This document shows positions 63,186 to 64,000 of a stretch of 64,000 nt of DNA, piece after piece (the stretch's first letter is position 1; every line of letters starts with the position of its first letter). Under the pieces are notes generated by a model. That model was not told the DNA's origin. It did no database searches and was given only the letters and a program-made list of their open reading frames with translations. Source of the DNA: Squalus acanthias (lineage: Eukaryota); the NCBI GenBank assembly GCA_030390025.1, contig CM059431.1, positions 137,828,001-137,892,000 of the forward strand. The letters are read 5' to 3'. Made by a program: the position numbers and the translations under genes.

Positions 63186-64000
63186 CTAGAAGCGGCTTGC
63201 TATTAGTCGTTGACGGACGGCCCTTGCAGTTTGACCATTGTGGGCCGCCCTCCTGCCTTGGTGCTGCTGCTGATCATCGTCCTCGGCCTGTTCCTCCTCT
63301 TCCTCCTCCTCCTCTTGTGGTGCTGCAAGGCCTGGTGGCATTGGCTGCGTCCTGAGGATTGCCATGTTGTGCAACATGCAGCACACCACTACGAATTTGG
63401 AAACTTGCTCAGGCGAGTACTGCAGGGCTCCTCCGGAATGGTCCAGACAGCGGAATCGTTGTTTGAGCACGCCGATTGTGCGCTCAATAATGTTCCTGGT
63501 TGCTTGTTGGCTTTCCTGGTACCGCAGCTCAGCAGGGGTGTTTGGCGCACGGAGCGGTGTCATCAGCCAGGTGCTCAATGCGTACCCCTTGTCCCCCAGA
63601 AGCCAACCAACTGGCTGATGCGGTGCCTCGAAAATTTCTGCCACAGTACTCTGGCGCAGGATGAAAGCATCGTGGCAGCTGCCCGGATAGTGGGCATTGA
63701 CAGCGAGAATCACCTGTCTGTGGTCACAGACCAACTGCACATTCAAGGAATGGAACCCCTTTCTGTTCCGGAACTCCTCTGCATTCTCTCGCGGAGCACG
63801 CAAAGCCACATGCGTGCAGTCAATGGCGCCCTGCACCATGGGGAAGCCCGCTACCCTCGCAAAGCCCATAGCACGGTCATGCTGCTTGTCTGGGGTCATA
63901 GGGAAGGAGATGAAGTCTCGTCTCCTTGTGAAGAGGGCATTGGTGACCTGCCGGATGCAGCGATGCACCGCAAACTGGGAGATATTGGCGAGGTCCCCAA
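63186..64000 (-). CDS. Harbinger transposase (HARBI1-like, DDE_Tnp_4), C-terminal part
   Basis: GAIDCTH, NRKGFHSLNVQLVCD, PGSCHDAFIL, LLGDKGY, IIERTIGVLKQRFRCL, CCMLHN. DDE triad intact; open across the visible part. Confidence 0.95.
   Translation of the reverse strand, partial: GDLANISQFAVHRCIRQVTNALFTRRRDFISFPMTPDKQHDRAMGFARVAGFPMVQGAIDCTHVALRAPRENAEEFRNRKGFHSLNVQLVCDHRQVILAVNAHYPGSCHDAFILRQSTVAEIFEAPHQPVGWLLGDKGYALSTWLMTPLRAPNTPAELRYQESQQATRNIIERTIGVLKQRFRCLDHSGGALQYSPEQVSKFVVVCCMLHNMAILRTQPMPPGLAAPQEEEEEEEEQAEDDDQQQHQGRRAAHNGQTARAVRQRLIASRF

Larger units (their letters stand above)
60407..64000. mobile_element. PIF/Harbinger DNA transposon, left part (runs off the window)
   Basis: Terminus GGGTTAGAAATT, subterminal gcgc(t/a)aa repeats, convergent Myb/SANT-like and DDE transposase genes. 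Confidence 0.9.

Noticed and set aside
63186..64000. Domesticated host HARBI1 gene
   Set aside because: It lies in an element with a TIR-like end and a convergent Myb-like partner, which fits a transposon.

Overview
Eukaryotic, repeat-rich DNA, most likely from a cartilaginous fish (inferred from the shark-type CR1, Penelope and Deu-SINE repeats, the GPR139-like receptor and the shark-type NLR). The genes are spliced, so the ORF track shows only pieces of them. Three host genes lie on the minus strand. (1) An intact two-exon GPR139/142-like rhodopsin-class GPCR (2291->488, 324 aa). (2) A seven-exon gene (38467->21560, about 1098 aa) assembled here from splice sites. It encodes a signal peptide and a complete intrinsic-factor/haptocorrin/transcobalamin alpha-domain with all six Cys. 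This is spliced in frame to a 784-aa Thr/Ser/Pro mucin-like exon, and no cobalamin-binding beta-domain was found. It is the most unusual object in the window. (3) A NACHT-LRR (NLR) pseudogene (58874->51298). At the right end is the left part of a two-gene Harbinger transposon (Myb/SANT-like gene plus DDE transposase). The rest is mostly CR1, L2 and Vingi LINE fragments, SINEs, MITEs, tRNA-Lys relics and several minisatellites. There is also a nested CR1 > solo LTR > Penelope insertion whose Penelope carries a hammerhead ribozyme. Everything was read by eye. Family assignments rest on remembered motifs, not on searches.
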